A DNA stretch of 61,874 nucleotides, the filler included, from Choristocarpus tenellus KU-1152 (taxonomy: Eukaryota > Protista > Phaeophyceae): assembly GCA_964200185.2 (NCBI GenBank). It is 10 parts of 10 records of this genome, joined end to end, with 100 filler letters (N's around TTAATTAATTAA, not from the genome) between each part and the next. Parts side by side here need not be neighbours in the genome. Positions count along the whole stretch, not along the records: positions 1 to 10,336 come from CAXNAD020002983.1; positions 10,437 to 18,299 come from CAXNAD020005478.1; 8 more parts are not named here. The stretch is one strand, 5' to 3'. The notes under the pieces were generated by a model that saw only the letters and a list, made by a program, of their open reading frames with translations, was not told where the DNA came from and ran no database searches. How positions within the stretch are numbered: the first letter of the stretch is position 1; each line of letters opens with the position of its first letter. Position numbers and translations under genes: made by a program. Positions 1 through 12,241 of the stretch are shown piece by piece.

Positions 1-45
1 TTTTACCGTAACTGTCCGATAGAGTTGGAAGAGTCTAATCGAACA
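1..45 (-). mobile_element. Probable LTR 5' terminus (TG...) of a Copia-type element
   Basis: 4-45 is identical to 18983-19024 (TACCGTAACTGTCCGATAGAGTTGGAAGAGTCTAATCGAACA). On the minus strand the shared block starts TGTTCG, and the second copy lies upstream of a minus-strand Copia RT. Confidence 0.5.
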
Positions 46-153
46 TTACCTTGATCCGATTCTGCTGAATGCCTAGTGCGAATGCCTAGTGTAGATATGT
101 GTGTGTTCAGGACCTTTCATTTGTAATTGCTGTCGGGCTGGATATCACCTCAC

Positions 154-358
154 CTGGCATATGACACTCTTTCCATCGTCCTTATTCAAGACCTTGAAGT
201 GCTTTCGGACAGGAGACACCTCACTCACTTTTCGGTACCTTCTGTTCACTGCAGCATCCACCACCACTGTATGCGTGTGTATGTGTATGTATGCCTGTTG
301 ACCGTCAACATTGTTCTATCGTGCTCAGCCTCAACACACTGACTAGATGCACCAATCA
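154..358 (-). pseudogene. Partial BED zinc-finger-like exon(s), possibly hAT transposase-derived
   Basis: Exon 241->154 (CAG acceptor, GTGAGG donor) reads RYRKVSEVSPVRKHFKVLNKDDGKSVICQ, resembling the BED-finger start SxVWxHF...C. A putative upstream exon 358->~295 needs a GC donor. The rest of the finger is not recoverable. Confidence 0.4.
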
Positions 359-620
359 CCTATACGACAGATCAGCCAATCCGTTCAACTGACTTGTTGG
401 ACAGGGATTCATCGTAGGGGGGAGCTGCCAAGCTGGGCGACCAAGGGGGCGAGCATGATGTTCATCTACCTTCGTTGTTACCACTACTACTGCAGCAGTC
501 TCTACCATTGTCAATCTCACTTCGTGCGTGGTGACCCCCACTCACTGCTGCTATCCATTGCAAATCAGTGATCCTCAGTCCCCTTTCCTCTCTGGACTCT
601 CCCTCCACTCGCCACAATGT

Positions 621-1045
621 GAGTTAAGGTATCTTAGAGGGTACGAGGTTTGCCTTGTTTGTCCATTTGGGGCTTGGCTTCCCACGGGTTTTTTTATGAC
701 CTTTTACCTACTCCAAAATTGTCCAAAGTATCTGGGGGAGGGGTGGCGGCTGTCCATTTGGAGTCATTTTTTTCATGTCGCGATTTTTAGGTGATTTGGT
801 GGCATACGTCAGATGGATAATGTAAATGCACTTTTCCTAATTTTGGTCAAATGGACACCCTGGTGTAGACCCCCCCCAAAAAAAAAAAAATCGGAGTCGG
901 TAAAATGTGTACGTTATGAACAGGTGTGTTCGGAACAAGGATATTGAAATCTCCTAGCAAGATAGCCAAAATTACATCAAAATTGCAACATTGGATTTTG
1001 GCCCCCCAAATGGACATGGGTCTACCCTCTAAGATACTTTGACTC
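621..1045. mobile_element. MITE family A (Sola2-like) with a nested family-B MITE at ~720-885
   Basis: Ends GAGTTAAGGTATCTTAGAGGGTA...TACCCTCTAAGATACTTTGACTC; flanks ATGT/ATGG. The B copy interrupts A's internal palindrome. Confidence 0.92.
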
Positions 1046-1755
1046 ATGGGTGTGATACTTAAGTGTAGTGGCTTTGTGGTACCGAGGATAGGTTTGTGGT
1101 GGGTTGTATCTTTTCCGCTTATGGGGCCAAAGAGTATGCGCTCACCTTAGTTTTCTGGCTCACATGTCTATTAAAGCAAAATATTAATACTCCAAATTGA
1201 AAAGGTACTAAAATGGAATACAGTTGTACAATACTTTATGAAACGGACCCTATGGCAATTGTCTAGCGATGACTCTAAAGAGTGTTTTTACTGTATGCCC
1301 ACAAATTTAATATACAGTATAGAAAGATCCTCCTTGAAGTCATCGACCAGTTGAGGACAATAGGATAATGAAGAATAGAGCGTGGTGGCTATAGTCATGC
1401 CGGGTTATTTAGGAGGGCGAAATCGCAAAATCAAAAAAAGTCTCTTGGTTGTGATCGTTTCATCGGTTTCAACACACACATATACCGTTGTCAACAAACA
1501 CAGAAAAAAGAACCATTTAGTCCTGGGGCAAACTTGGCCCATGCTACAATTGTAAGCAGACCTCATGACCTGCCAGCACAGGCCAGAGGACTGTTGAGGC
1601 TGCTCTGTACCTGCCTATTTCGTAGGCAAACAATCCATCTTGCTGTTGATGAGGCTAGAGATCGGGACCACAACGGGAGACCATGCAATTAGGTCTTCTC
1701 GACCAGCTTGACCTTTCACTACATGGCGACGGGTGCCGCTTAGGTCTCATAGACG

Positions 1756-4700
1756 ATGGACGTCGACGATGTGCAGGGTATCAAGGTCCTACGCAAGACA
1801 AAAAAGAGAGAGATACAAGCGTGGATCAGTGCCTTTGAGGAGAGGGAGGGTCGACCTCCTACCAACAGGTAGACAGCGTAGAGGGTTTGCGCTTGTGTAG
1901 TGGTAAAGCTGTAGATCTAATCGAGCTTGAGTGGCACTCGATACTAGATGCAAAAAATCTCACTTGACTATCCCCTGCATATCCCGATGCTTCACCAGTG
2001 ACAAGGAGGTGATTCGACCCCTGTTTGTTGAGCTTAAAACACTTGACCGACGACTTGCTAGAACGAAGCAAGAAAAGGGGGAAGATCCTTCTGACAGGGA
2101 TAAGACTGCTACCGACAGCATCCCAACAACTGTGGATCAGGAGAATGGTGCAAGCCAATTGATTCTTGTTGATACTTCTGGACCGGAGCTATCCCAACGC
2201 CACAATAAACCAATGCACAACAAAGGTAGTCCACGTCGTTCTGGCTCCAATCTTGAATCCTCAGCTGGTAACATTTCCCCTGGCAATAGAATCGAGGACT
2301 CCCAGCAGGATACAACGACTTTACAATCTACCGGACAGCATGATACTTCGAGCTTGATAGATGCTACAAGCTTGGCAGCAGAAGAACAGGAGCTGAGGTC
2401 GGCCAGGAAGGTCTTGAGGAAAGAGATACAGACGTGGACCAAGGATTTCGAAGCTCGGCACGGGCGAATACCAACCTCAAAGTGAGATCGTACATTGCGA
2501 ATGTATTTAGGTTTGGGTATACCCCTTAGTCTCCTCACTCGTCCATTCGACATTTACTAGTGTTCTCCATGAGCCTCGCCCCCTCCAAGAGTCGTTCGCA
2601 AGACAGAGCCCCCCATTCAAACGTTCTTAAGGATTTGAAAAATGGCCTTGCTTGTCAGGGATATATTGCCTATGGACATGGGCAATGGGGTCCTCAATCA
2701 ATGCTACTGCTCCCTACGTATGGAATCTCAAATATTGATGGCGTGAAACTGTCCTTCCTCACCTCTCCAAGTCTCTGTGTCTGTCTTCCTCAGGGACAAG
2801 GCTCCAATAAAGCCCCTCTACCACAAATACAAAGATATGGAGATCCGATTAGATACTTTGCAGAAGATGATCCGGAGGGGAGGGGAGAAAGCTACTCGTA
2901 ATGAGGAGCACAAGCCTAGGCCAAATGTCTCTCTAGAGGGTGTTGATCCTAGTCGGAGGCAGGATAACCATGAGGTCTCGACTGCCTCTGCATCCACATT
3001 GGCAACCAAGGTTGAAAGTTCACATCCCACGGAAAAGGTTGAGTTAGGAAGGTCAGTTGTGCAGAAAGGGACTGAGGAGGAAGTCGTTTTAGTCAAGGAG
3101 GAGGTTGGGTCAGCCATGCAAGGCGAGAACCAGGCCGATGTCTTGATTGAAAAGAGAGAAATCCAACGCAAGGTAAAACGCTGGCTAAGGAACTTCGAGA
3201 AACAAGAGGGTAGACCAGCTGAGGCAAGGTAAATTCTGTCTCCATATAATGCATAGCTCAGGGAGTACGGGACCAACAATGAGTTGATGGGTTTGATATT
3301 GTAATGTAATCCGTTTGAATTCACCTGATGAAGTGTAATGGACCTTTTGTGTGAGGGGATGCTCACAGCAATCTGTCGTAGCAAGTTTAACGAGTGAAAG
3401 AATCTTAGAGGGTAAGAGGTTTGCCCTGTTTGTCCATTTGGGGCTTGGATTCCCATGTTTTTTAATGGCATTTTCCTACTCCAATGTGTTTCGGAGTAGG
3501 TAAAATATATACATTATGAAAAGGTGTGTCCGGAACAAGGATACTGACACTTCTTGAAAACACAATAGCCAAAATTACATCAAAATCGAAACATTGGATT
3601 TTGGGTCCCAAATGGATGCGGTCCTATCCTCTAAGATACTTTGGCTCTAACATAATATCTACGTACCATGGGCTGTACTGCTCTGATGGATGTCTTTCAG
3701 TCTGGAATAATCACCCCGATGTGCGCTACACATACCTAATTCTGTTTCTATTATACTGTGAAAAAGCAGAGAGCATATTAAGACAGAAGGCATTCTTGGT
3801 TTTCGACGTTTTGCTAGTCCTGCAAAAATACCTCGGCTGATGCCAGAGATTGAGGTGGTAAGAAAACTCACAAAGGGAATGCATCCTATTACCTCAATAT
3901 TACCAAAAGGTGGTTCTAATCGGTGTCTTTTGTTCCCATATCTCAGTTACCTCTCAATATACATTCAAACTACATATATGGACATGTCTCAAAGGTGTGC
4001 ATTTCACACTCTATAAAGCTGACGATGTCAACCTGTGCTCACAACAGTCCCTGTTCAACCTCGACCATATTAATGGGAATACCATATTTCTCTGCAGGGA
4101 TCGCACTCCAATATTGCCATTATTGGAAAGGCTAAAGCATCTCAAGGTACAGGAAATGTCAAGTACAGCACAAGGAGCAGCAAGCACATCGAATGGGGTG
4201 AAGATGAGAATGAGGGAAGAAAGTAGAGTTGATATGGAATCTCTGGAGGAACAAAAGGTGCCAGACACTTCTAGGAGTCTGTTATCAGGAGAAGTTTCAT
4301 CCTCACCACGGTTCGGACTAGTACCAGTTAAAGTGGAAGAAAACGTCAAGGAGAAGAAGGGTGGGGATGAACCTTCAATTGCTGGACTTAATCAACCACA
4401 AGACAACCTGTCGTTGGAAACTCGTTCGATGGACTTGCTCCCACTAAATATTGCTGCAGCTGTAGGACCCCCTCCTGACAGCCCTGATAATTGCAGTCTT
4501 GCCAGCAGTCGAATTTCTCACTTGTATTCAGAAAGAAGTCTTGTTGAGTCGGAAGACCTCAGCGCACGGAGAGTCACTGGGGATTCAACTGATGGAAGCA
4601 ATTTACGCGCAAAGCTGGACTTTGAAACCTCCTCAGTAGTGTCTCTACCCTCAGTTGATGCCCCTTCTCTCGCACCTTCAATCCTCTCTGCGGGTGGAGA

Positions 4701-7700
4701 GGGGAGGAAAGTGCCTATCAACAACAAGGATGAATTGCTGGGAAGAGGAGGCCAAGGTAGTCAACGGAATAGAGCTATGCCAACAATGGAGCCCCCTCTT
4801 GATGGATTATCATTCCCGGTCACTGACAGCCTTGAAGACAAAGAAATAGTAGAAATAGGACCAGGTAGCGGGGGTGATGTGTGCCATAAGAGCGCAAACA
4901 GCGAAGGAGAGGAGTTTTGCAAAATGGGTACCACTTTGTCGTCTAGGAACACACCATCAGTGGAAAGTAATGATAGGATAAAGTCAACTGGTGAGGAACA
5001 ATCTTGTAATGAAGTACTGCATGGGATAAAGGAGTGCATGGATGCAGAGGGAGACAAGAGTGAAGTTGGGTTTCTTGCGCAGGATGAACTGAACGGCAGT
5101 GGTGAGTCCGAGGTGAAGATCAAGTCCCTTGAGATCCACGAGGAGATTGATGGCAATAGCCATGCCGCGCTTTATCATGATAACGATAGTGGATTCGAGG
5201 AAGTAGCGGCCCTCAGAGAGCATGGGGTTAAGATCAGTGATGATATCGACAAAATTTCGACCAATATCTCCACTGGAATGAACGGTACTGGAGACATTCT
5301 GTTGGGGAATGAGGAGAAGGAGGAGAGAATCTCAACGGGAAAAAACATGGAGGATGATGGCGTTTTCCAAGCTTCATTTGACTGGAAACCCACCCTGGAG
5401 GGATCAGCCATCCCCAGGCAGAAGTTGGTCATTGAAAATATCGTGGACAATCCGGTCACGATAGGTCTGAGCAACAACAGAACTGGTCAGGAATCAGATA
5501 TAGCACAGAGCGGCAAGGAGGACAAGGAATATGTAAGGGAAACGGATAAGAATAAGTTCCAGATTTCGAGTGGTGAAGAGAGAGGAGGGAGAGAGTCAAA
5601 CATGGAAATAAGTGTAGGGGAAGATATATCAAGGGATGGGAATTATGGGTTGCTGTCTGACAGGGAGGAATGCGACAGAGCAATAAATGAGGATCGGGGG
5701 AAAGTGAAAAGCTTCACAGTAGAGGAAACAGGTCTGAAACAAAATGGTACAGCAGGGGCAAGAGCGGAAGGCCAGGTTTCTTCCAGGGAGGGTCACAATG
5801 AAGAAGACGAACTAGCACCATCATGGGCGGTAACAGGGTCGGCTCAAAGTGCACGTGTCCTGCGTATGCGCAGGCGATTCCTAGACGCTAGGAAGCTTCT
5901 TGAGGAGGAGGAGAAGGCTGGGGAACTGCTGACACCTGGTCCAAGCCCAGTCGGGAGCCCAAATCCTTCTCCCTTAAGGATGAGGGTTGAAGACTCTTTT
6001 TCTGCTCTTGGGCAGGGTTCAGCGTCAGACATGTCAGGTAATAATCACTCCAGAGAATCCAAGTCACTCTAGTACACGAAAAGTATTATGATCAAGTTTT
6101 GTGTCAAGCTACAGGGGAGGGTGAATCCGTTCTACGTACCCAAGTAAGCATGATGTACATGTTGAGCAACTGTTATGGACAGCATAATGACTACTAAACA
6201 CGGCAGTTCATTTCCCCTGTCCACACCTAACATTCTTCCACCATTCTACTAATGTCCTGAAGTACTGTGTTCCTAAACCAACCAGCAGCACTCCCACAAC
6301 AATTTCAACCCTACCTCCCTCGCCCTAACCAACACAATCAACCTCATTACTCTTCTAACTCGCGCTGGATAAGCAACAGAGGCAGGCCCTTCAACTTACA
6401 GCACTGTTCCTGGCTCCATCCGGGCCAAAGCCCGGTGGGGTCTTCTAAGTAAGGCTGTGGCACTTCAAGACCTAGATGAACGTCAAACAACCCCTGTATT
6501 CTCTACCCTGCCTCCAGCTAGTCTGTTGGGTAGCATCAAACCCTTGATCCCGGTGCAGGATGTGGAGGTGGGGCAGAATGTTTCCGTCAAAGACTGGAAA
6601 TGGGACGATAGGGGTGCAGATGCCTTGTTGGAGTCTGGTGATCAGGCTGGGCTCTGGCGAAGCCATTGTGCTGACTGGAAAAGAACAACTAGACCCAGCT
6701 GTGATTCGGGTTCAGGGACTAGAGAAGAAGCTTCATTAGGAGGCAAGAAAGCATCAGTGGAAGAGGTGCACCCATGGAAATTTGTCAATGATAGTGGCCT
6801 GGAGGAGATGCTGAAATACAGTCTGCCTCCACCACCACCCGGGTTGGATGGTTTGCGAAATGAAGTGGAAGAACTGCATCGTGCCACACAAAGGGAGGAG
6901 GTGCCTCAGTACTTGAAGATGGTGAGGAAGAATGGCACTGTTAAGAGTGTCTTGAGATGAACCCCCAGGCCTTAAACTACTCCATAAAGAACATGACATT
7001 GCTTCTGGAAAGCAAGTGAGATTGATGTTTTGCTCATCTCCTGTCCATGTCTATTATAAATACAATGACTGAGAGTAGGTCTGCTGGCATTGTGCATTCT
7101 TGTTTTCTTCATTTTTGCCCTGCTTCAAAGGATGGTGCAAACTGTGGCACACCACCTCAATGAAAACCCCCAGACCTGAAAAATGCAAACCCCTAGACCT
7201 GATGCTACCAGAAACAAGGCTTCTGCACAGGCTTGGTACGCATTGGCTCAGATTGCACCCTGACACATCTGCATTGTCAAAGTACAATAGCTACCTTCAG
7301 ATGCTAATTAATAGAAATGAGTCTTTGGTGAGAAAATCATAGAAATTTGTCAGAAGGTCTGGGCTACATATCTTTGGTGTCATGTAACACACCAGACTCA
7401 AAATATCTGGGAGGAGGGGAGTGGTCTACATAAGGGTGTCCATTCAGGCCCTCACCAGGAAAAGTGCACTTACGTTATCCATCCGACGAGTGCAGCCAAA
7501 TCACCAAAAAACCGCGACATGGAAACTGGGTCCCAAATGGACCGCCGCCGCACACCCTCAGATACTTCTAACCACCATAAAATATACACTTACCTGCTTG
7601 CTTAGTAATGTGGATGTAAAACGAAAAAAGCTCCAGAAGTGCATAGAAATAAAGACTGAGTCAGTAGATTAATCGGCTGATAGTTCCGAATTCTGAGGGC

Positions 7701-9727
7701 ATGATGTAGATTCCCCGCAGTCCACACCTCCCCCTAGTCTTATCATATCCCAGAAACGTTTGCGTTCTTCCTCAAACCTGGCTATCAGTATCAGGAGGAT
7801 ATACGTGGGACGGAGCTGATAGTGGCTAGTATCCCTGTAGAGGAGGTGGCTGCCATGGCACGGGAAAAGGAGGTGGCAAGGCTAGGGGAGGCGAGAAAAG
7901 ATGCACTTGTATACCGGGCGAGAGAGGGGAACCTACTCTTCAGGGAGGAAAGGGCCAGAAAGCGCATTACTAGTCTTGAGGTAGGAAATTGGAGATCAGG
8001 GTTAAGAGAGGACTGAGGGGCCATGGGGGTGTGTGAGGTTGTTTTGACTTGACAACAGCTGGTAACAATGGTTTCTCGTTGTACCCTAGACCCTATATGT
8101 TGTGGGGTTCTGGGGGAGGGATCTCATGGAGGAGAAGGACTGGAATCAGTGAGATTGAGGAGTATGTTATGAACCCAAAAAAGTTTGTATCCTTCATTCG
8201 ATAGGTTGACAAAATTTCGCATCAACCCGCCCACAGCCAGTTCTAAGACTCACACTTGCACCCTTCTTCCATAAATGACCTCATGAACCTCTGATCTCCA
8301 GGCAGAAATGTATGCCAGGGTTGAAAGGAACAAGCGTGCCATCTGGGGGAGAGTATTGGCCAAAGAGCATGCTCTGGGTTTGTCCTTCAAACGGGCAAGA
8401 GTGGTCCTGGAGAGGTCTCTACGAGCACAAGCAGGGCTTGTGCGAGAAAAGTTTGGCAGCCTGAGAAAAGGAGAGGTGAACATCTCCAGGACCGTGTAGG
8501 TTGATGGTACAGGTGGAGAGGAACAGGATAGAATCAATGCCATTTGAGAACAAAAAATACGTTGCTGCATACTGGACCATTTTTTTGCCATCACAATAGG
8601 AACCACACTTGCTTGTTCCAGGCCCTATCCCCCTTCAATCTTTTTACTCTGGGGATAGGTGATCAACAGTTTATTTTTTCAACCCTTTGAGCCAAAGTAT
8701 CTTAGAGGGTAGAACCGCGTCCATTTCGAGGTCAAATTCCAATATTCCGATTTTGATATAATTTTGACTATCATGTTTTTGGGGAAGTGTCAATATCCTT
8801 GTTCCGGACACACCTCTTCATAACGTGCAAATTTTACCTACTCCTAAACATATCGGAGTAGGAAAAAGTAATAAAACACCTGTGGGAAGCCAAGTCCCAA
8901 ATGGACAAACAGGGCAAAACTCGTACCCTCTAAGATACTTTCACTCCTTTCACCTGTGCCACCTTCAGTAGTGTAAATTTTCTCCAAATGCGGTCAGAAC
9001 CCAGTGACAGTCAATTTTCCACGGTTGGTGTACTTTCTTGCTTGACCAAAGATTACAACGCATGATACATGGCATAAAATCAGTGCCCACACTAGACACG
9101 TACTCCGGAATACATCCACGTCACTGTTTTAGTGGGGAAACTGTCCCGCTCAGGATATACTCAAATTGCACACAGACGGTTTTTCATGGGAGAGCTAGTT
9201 CAAATGGCAGCAGGAGATATAAGCAAAGCAGCAGCCTCCCACCTCAAAGGCTCTCATATGTCTATGGAAATCAAATATGTACAGATGAGAGAGCACATTT
9301 TAACCGCCGTATTTTCTGATTTTCGAGTCAATTGGGCATAGACAAATAGCAGACCGTGTGATAACTCTTACTGCTCAACAACTCGCCACCTCACTTGGTA
9401 TCTAACTAATTAAAAAAAACAATTCAATTTTTTTGCATTGATCTCATCTATGGATGGGTTGATGGGTGGTTTGGTGTGCAAACTGGTGGTCTGGTGCATG
9501 GACAATGGCCTCATGGACTATTTGGACTTATTGGTCACTGTTTACTGGATGCCAAGGTGGCAGGGGGAAGGCGTTACCATGTAGACTGGGCAGGCGTCCC
9601 ACAGCCTTTGGAGATGCGACTGCACTGCCTTCGGGGGGTCAGGGGGAGGCTTCCCAAAGGTCAATATGTTGTGCTATCAGGCATGGCTGAGCGACTAGGG
9701 GGAGCAGCTATGTGCTGGAGCAAGAAG
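1756..9727 (+). CDS. OFCC1-like protein with three N-terminal FAM13/Sld2-like helical repeats; spliced, 3'-incomplete. Exons 1756-1868, 1999-2481, 2794-3228, 4098-6037, 6380-6921, 7789-7980, 8302-8475, 9557-9727
   Basis: All junctions are GT-AG and phase-compatible (4050 nt = 1350 codons). Repeats read KREIQAWISAFEEREGRPPTNS-DKEVIRPLF, RKEIQTWTKDFEARHGRIPTSK-DKAPIKPLY and KVKRWLRNFEKQEGRPAEAR-DRTPILPLL. The C-terminal RRYHVDWAGVPQPLEMRLHCLRGVRGRLPKGQYVVLSGMAERLGGAAMCWS resembles OFCC1-family proteins (recognised from memory). Confidence 0.8.
3392..3647. mobile_element. MITE family A (intronic)
   Basis: GAG...CTC termini with TIR; perfect 4-bp TSD TAAC. Confidence 0.95.
7395..7573. mobile_element. 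MITE family B (intronic)
   Basis: GACTCAAAATATCTGGG...CCCTCAGATACTTCTAACC; perfect TSD ACCA. Confidence 0.85.
8689..8946. mobile_element. MITE family A (intronic)
   Basis: GAGCCAAAGTATCTTAGAGGGTA...TACCCTCTAAGATACTTTCACTC; TSD CTTT. Confidence 0.95.
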
Positions 9728-9991
9728 GTATGACCTGTCAAGAGGTGTGGGAATCTGTGAAAGGGTAAACCGTGATATGGGACCGTTATTGGGGCTTCAT
9801 ATTTTTGTGAGGATAAATCTATCTCACAGGACAAACTTATATTTTTGTCTTTGGACAACGTATCATGTTTTTCTTCATCAAATATCAAATGCCCATACCT
9901 TGCCTTCACTTGATTTGGTATGCTTTGCTCATTGTCCCAAATCCATCAGAACTTAGTAATCCTCATCTCCCAATGGTATACATATGCTTCA

Positions 9992-10250
9992 GAGTCAAAG
10001 TAGCTCAGAGGGTAAGGCCGCGTCCATTTGGGGACCAAAATCCAATGTTGCGATTTTGATGTGATTTTGGCTATCGTGTTTGTTAGGGAATGTCAACATC
10101 CCTGTTCCAGACACACCTTTTCATAACGTACACATATTTTACCCTCTCCGAAACATTTTGAAGTAGGAAATGTCACAAAAACACTCATGGGAAGCCAAGT
10201 CCCAAATGGAAAAACAGGGCAAAACTCATACCCTCTAAGATACTTCACTA
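9992..10250. mobile_element. MITE family A
   Basis: Same TIR and internal sequence; right end slightly decayed. Confidence 0.9.
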
Positions 10251-10336
10251 TCATGAGCTATCAATATATAACAGCCGATTTCAAAAATTGAGGATGGAGC
10301 TTTTCATTGAGGATGGACTTGACCCAAAATTGACTG

Positions 10337-10436
10337 NNNNNNNNNNNNNNNNNNNNNNNNNNNNNNNNNNNNNNNNNNNNTTAATTAATTAANNNNNNNN
10401 NNNNNNNNNNNNNNNNNNNNNNNNNNNNNNNNNNNN
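10337..10436. other. Artificial contig-joining spacer (first of nine: 10337-10436, 18300-18399, 24024-24123, 31888-31987, 36709-36808, 39842-39941, 45025-45124, 51326-51425, 58108-58207)
   Basis: Each is 100 nt of N with a central TTAATTAATTAA (stops in all six frames). Confidence 0.98.
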
Positions 10437-11100
10437 GTTGGTGGCCCTGGGGAGGTGCGGCAAATGTCTTGTCCATATTTAGATTGATGCCTACCTCCTG
10501 GAGATTGGTTTTTAACTGCTCGAAAGCAGCTATGGTAATAGGGTTGATCCCCCTTGCCGAAATGGATGTGTCATCCAGATAGCTCCGGGAGGAAACCCCT
10601 TCGGGTCCGAAGACTGATTGCCCCTGTTGCAAGGCCTTGTGTGTTACCATGCAATATAAGAGGGGGCCTAATGGGTCTCTCTGTTGGACCCCAGATCTCG
10701 ATGGTAGAATCTTCGTCTCTCCATCTAGGGGGAAAAGAAGATTCCTTGTATTCCCATATACCTTGGAAACGTAAGGTAGGAGACCTGGTAGGGTCTCTGG
10801 GAGGGCCTGGATGAAGGCTGAGTGGCGTACGCTGTTGAACGCATTCCTTCCGTTCAGATTGATGACCCATTCTCCGAACTCATTCCTCAGGCGGATATCC
10901 AGGAGTGCATGTTCAATGCCATTTGGAACCCCGACACCGAATTGTCCTACTCCCCCGAAAAATCCCTCAAGGTAGGGGCGCCAGTCTGTGCAGAAAGCTG
11001 AAGCACATGCCCTCCTAAAAAAAGATCCACAGGCAACTGGGCGACACTTCTCCCCGATAGCGGATAGTCTCGAGTTGGTGTGGAGCGTCCAGAACTCTAG
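10437..11100 (-). mobile_element. Non-LTR retrotransposon reverse transcriptase fragment (CRE-clade-like)
   Basis: Uninterrupted ~221-aa frame: CRPVACGSFFRR...GQFGVGVPNGIE...NAFNSV...SGVQQRDPLGPLLY...SYLDD...GINLNMDKT. These are LINE RT motifs; QFGVG and GDPLGPLL are typical of CRE-like RTs. Confidence 0.85.
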
Positions 11101-11320
11101 GGTTATCCTATCAGCAATTTATATTATATTGTAAATTTTATTGGTGTAAACAATAATACTTTGAAGTATGTGTAATATATACTTTGAAGTATTCAATAAA
11201 TATAATATATTGTAGATATAGGAGCTGCTGGTATGTCTATTACTATTACTCCTGAGCGTTTATCAAAAATATAATTTTCTATGCCGTATACTAACTCAAA
11301 AATTGCCCTCCTATATCTTT

Positions 11321-11812
11321 TATTATTATGCCCTCTGACATTTTGCAGATGTGTCAGGAAACCAATCAAAACTATATGCCTTCCTTTATAGAAAGGATGG
11401 TACTTTTAAAACCCCTCAAGATTTAAAAGGTATGATGGTAGGTAGGTACTCAATTAGGCACAATTTCAGCTTAATAGCACATATTATCTCGGCAAAACAC
11501 GGATTTTATAACTACAACTCTATCAAGCAATTTAATGCTTATAGAAGCACTAAAATCAAAGCGTCTAAGTGCTGCACTTATGGAAGAATCGCAAGTAAAA
11601 TGTTTTACTATAAAGTATCCCATGGTTGAAAGTCTTACGCGCTAACATTATGGATCTTCTTTTTCAATGGCAATGCCGAAACATTCTTTATATATAATAT
11701 ATATGATGATATCATTATGCCCCCTCTGACATTTTGCTGATGTATATATCAATATTTGTCATAGTTTTGTACTGTTTATTTCATTATTATGCCCTCAGAC
11801 ATTTGACAGGTG
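11321..11812 (-). repeat. Three same-orientation copies of a hairpin+(TAA)n retro-tail motif (11321-11363, 11714-11745, 11783-11812)
   Basis: TTATTATGCCCTCTGACATTTTGCAGATGTGTCAGG and truncated variants. Confidence 0.8.
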
Positions 11813-12241
11813 TGGCAAAGAATAAACCAACAAGTATAATTCACGTATGTCAGAACCCTAAAAAAGTAGCCCGTCATAAATATGAAAATATTAGTCTATT
11901 CGCTATTTTACTACCAATTATGCTAAATCGTTCCCTTCCTGTACAACATGGCTCGTCCTGCACTCCAGGGTGAGGGGCTAGGGAGACATCCCATGAATCA
12001 AACAAGCCCCTCCTTACTCATCTCCCTGGTGTCTCCAGCTTAAAGCACATGATGACCCGTCTAGACAGGTCTACCGTTTATCTTAGTGTAATGAGATTTG
12101 ACAACTGGAAACTGGTAACAGACCTCAGTTAACCCTGTTCACGACCAGCCTTGACTCGAGATCTCATGTTTACCAACTCTATCAATCCTTTGCATATATA
12201 CTCTATATACATGTTGATGGACGTTTAGACAAATTTACCAC

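Noticed and set aside
3392-3647. MITEs as introner (intron-generating) elements
   Set aside because: Copies lie inside larger existing introns or other TEs, and their ends do not coincide with splice sites.
3526-3840. Many short ORFs with recurring peptides (PNGQTGQ..YPLR, ILEGR..SIWG, PKWT..YPLRYF)
   Set aside because: These are translations of MITE-A sequence, not a protein family.
3910-4097. N-terminus of the 720-aa ORF as a standalone gene start
   Set aside because: Intronic read-through; the coding exon starts at the CAG acceptor at 4097/4098.
10381-10392. Recurrent TTAATTAATTAA palindrome and ORFs ending in ...XXXLIN
   Set aside because: Artificial linker inside the N spacers.
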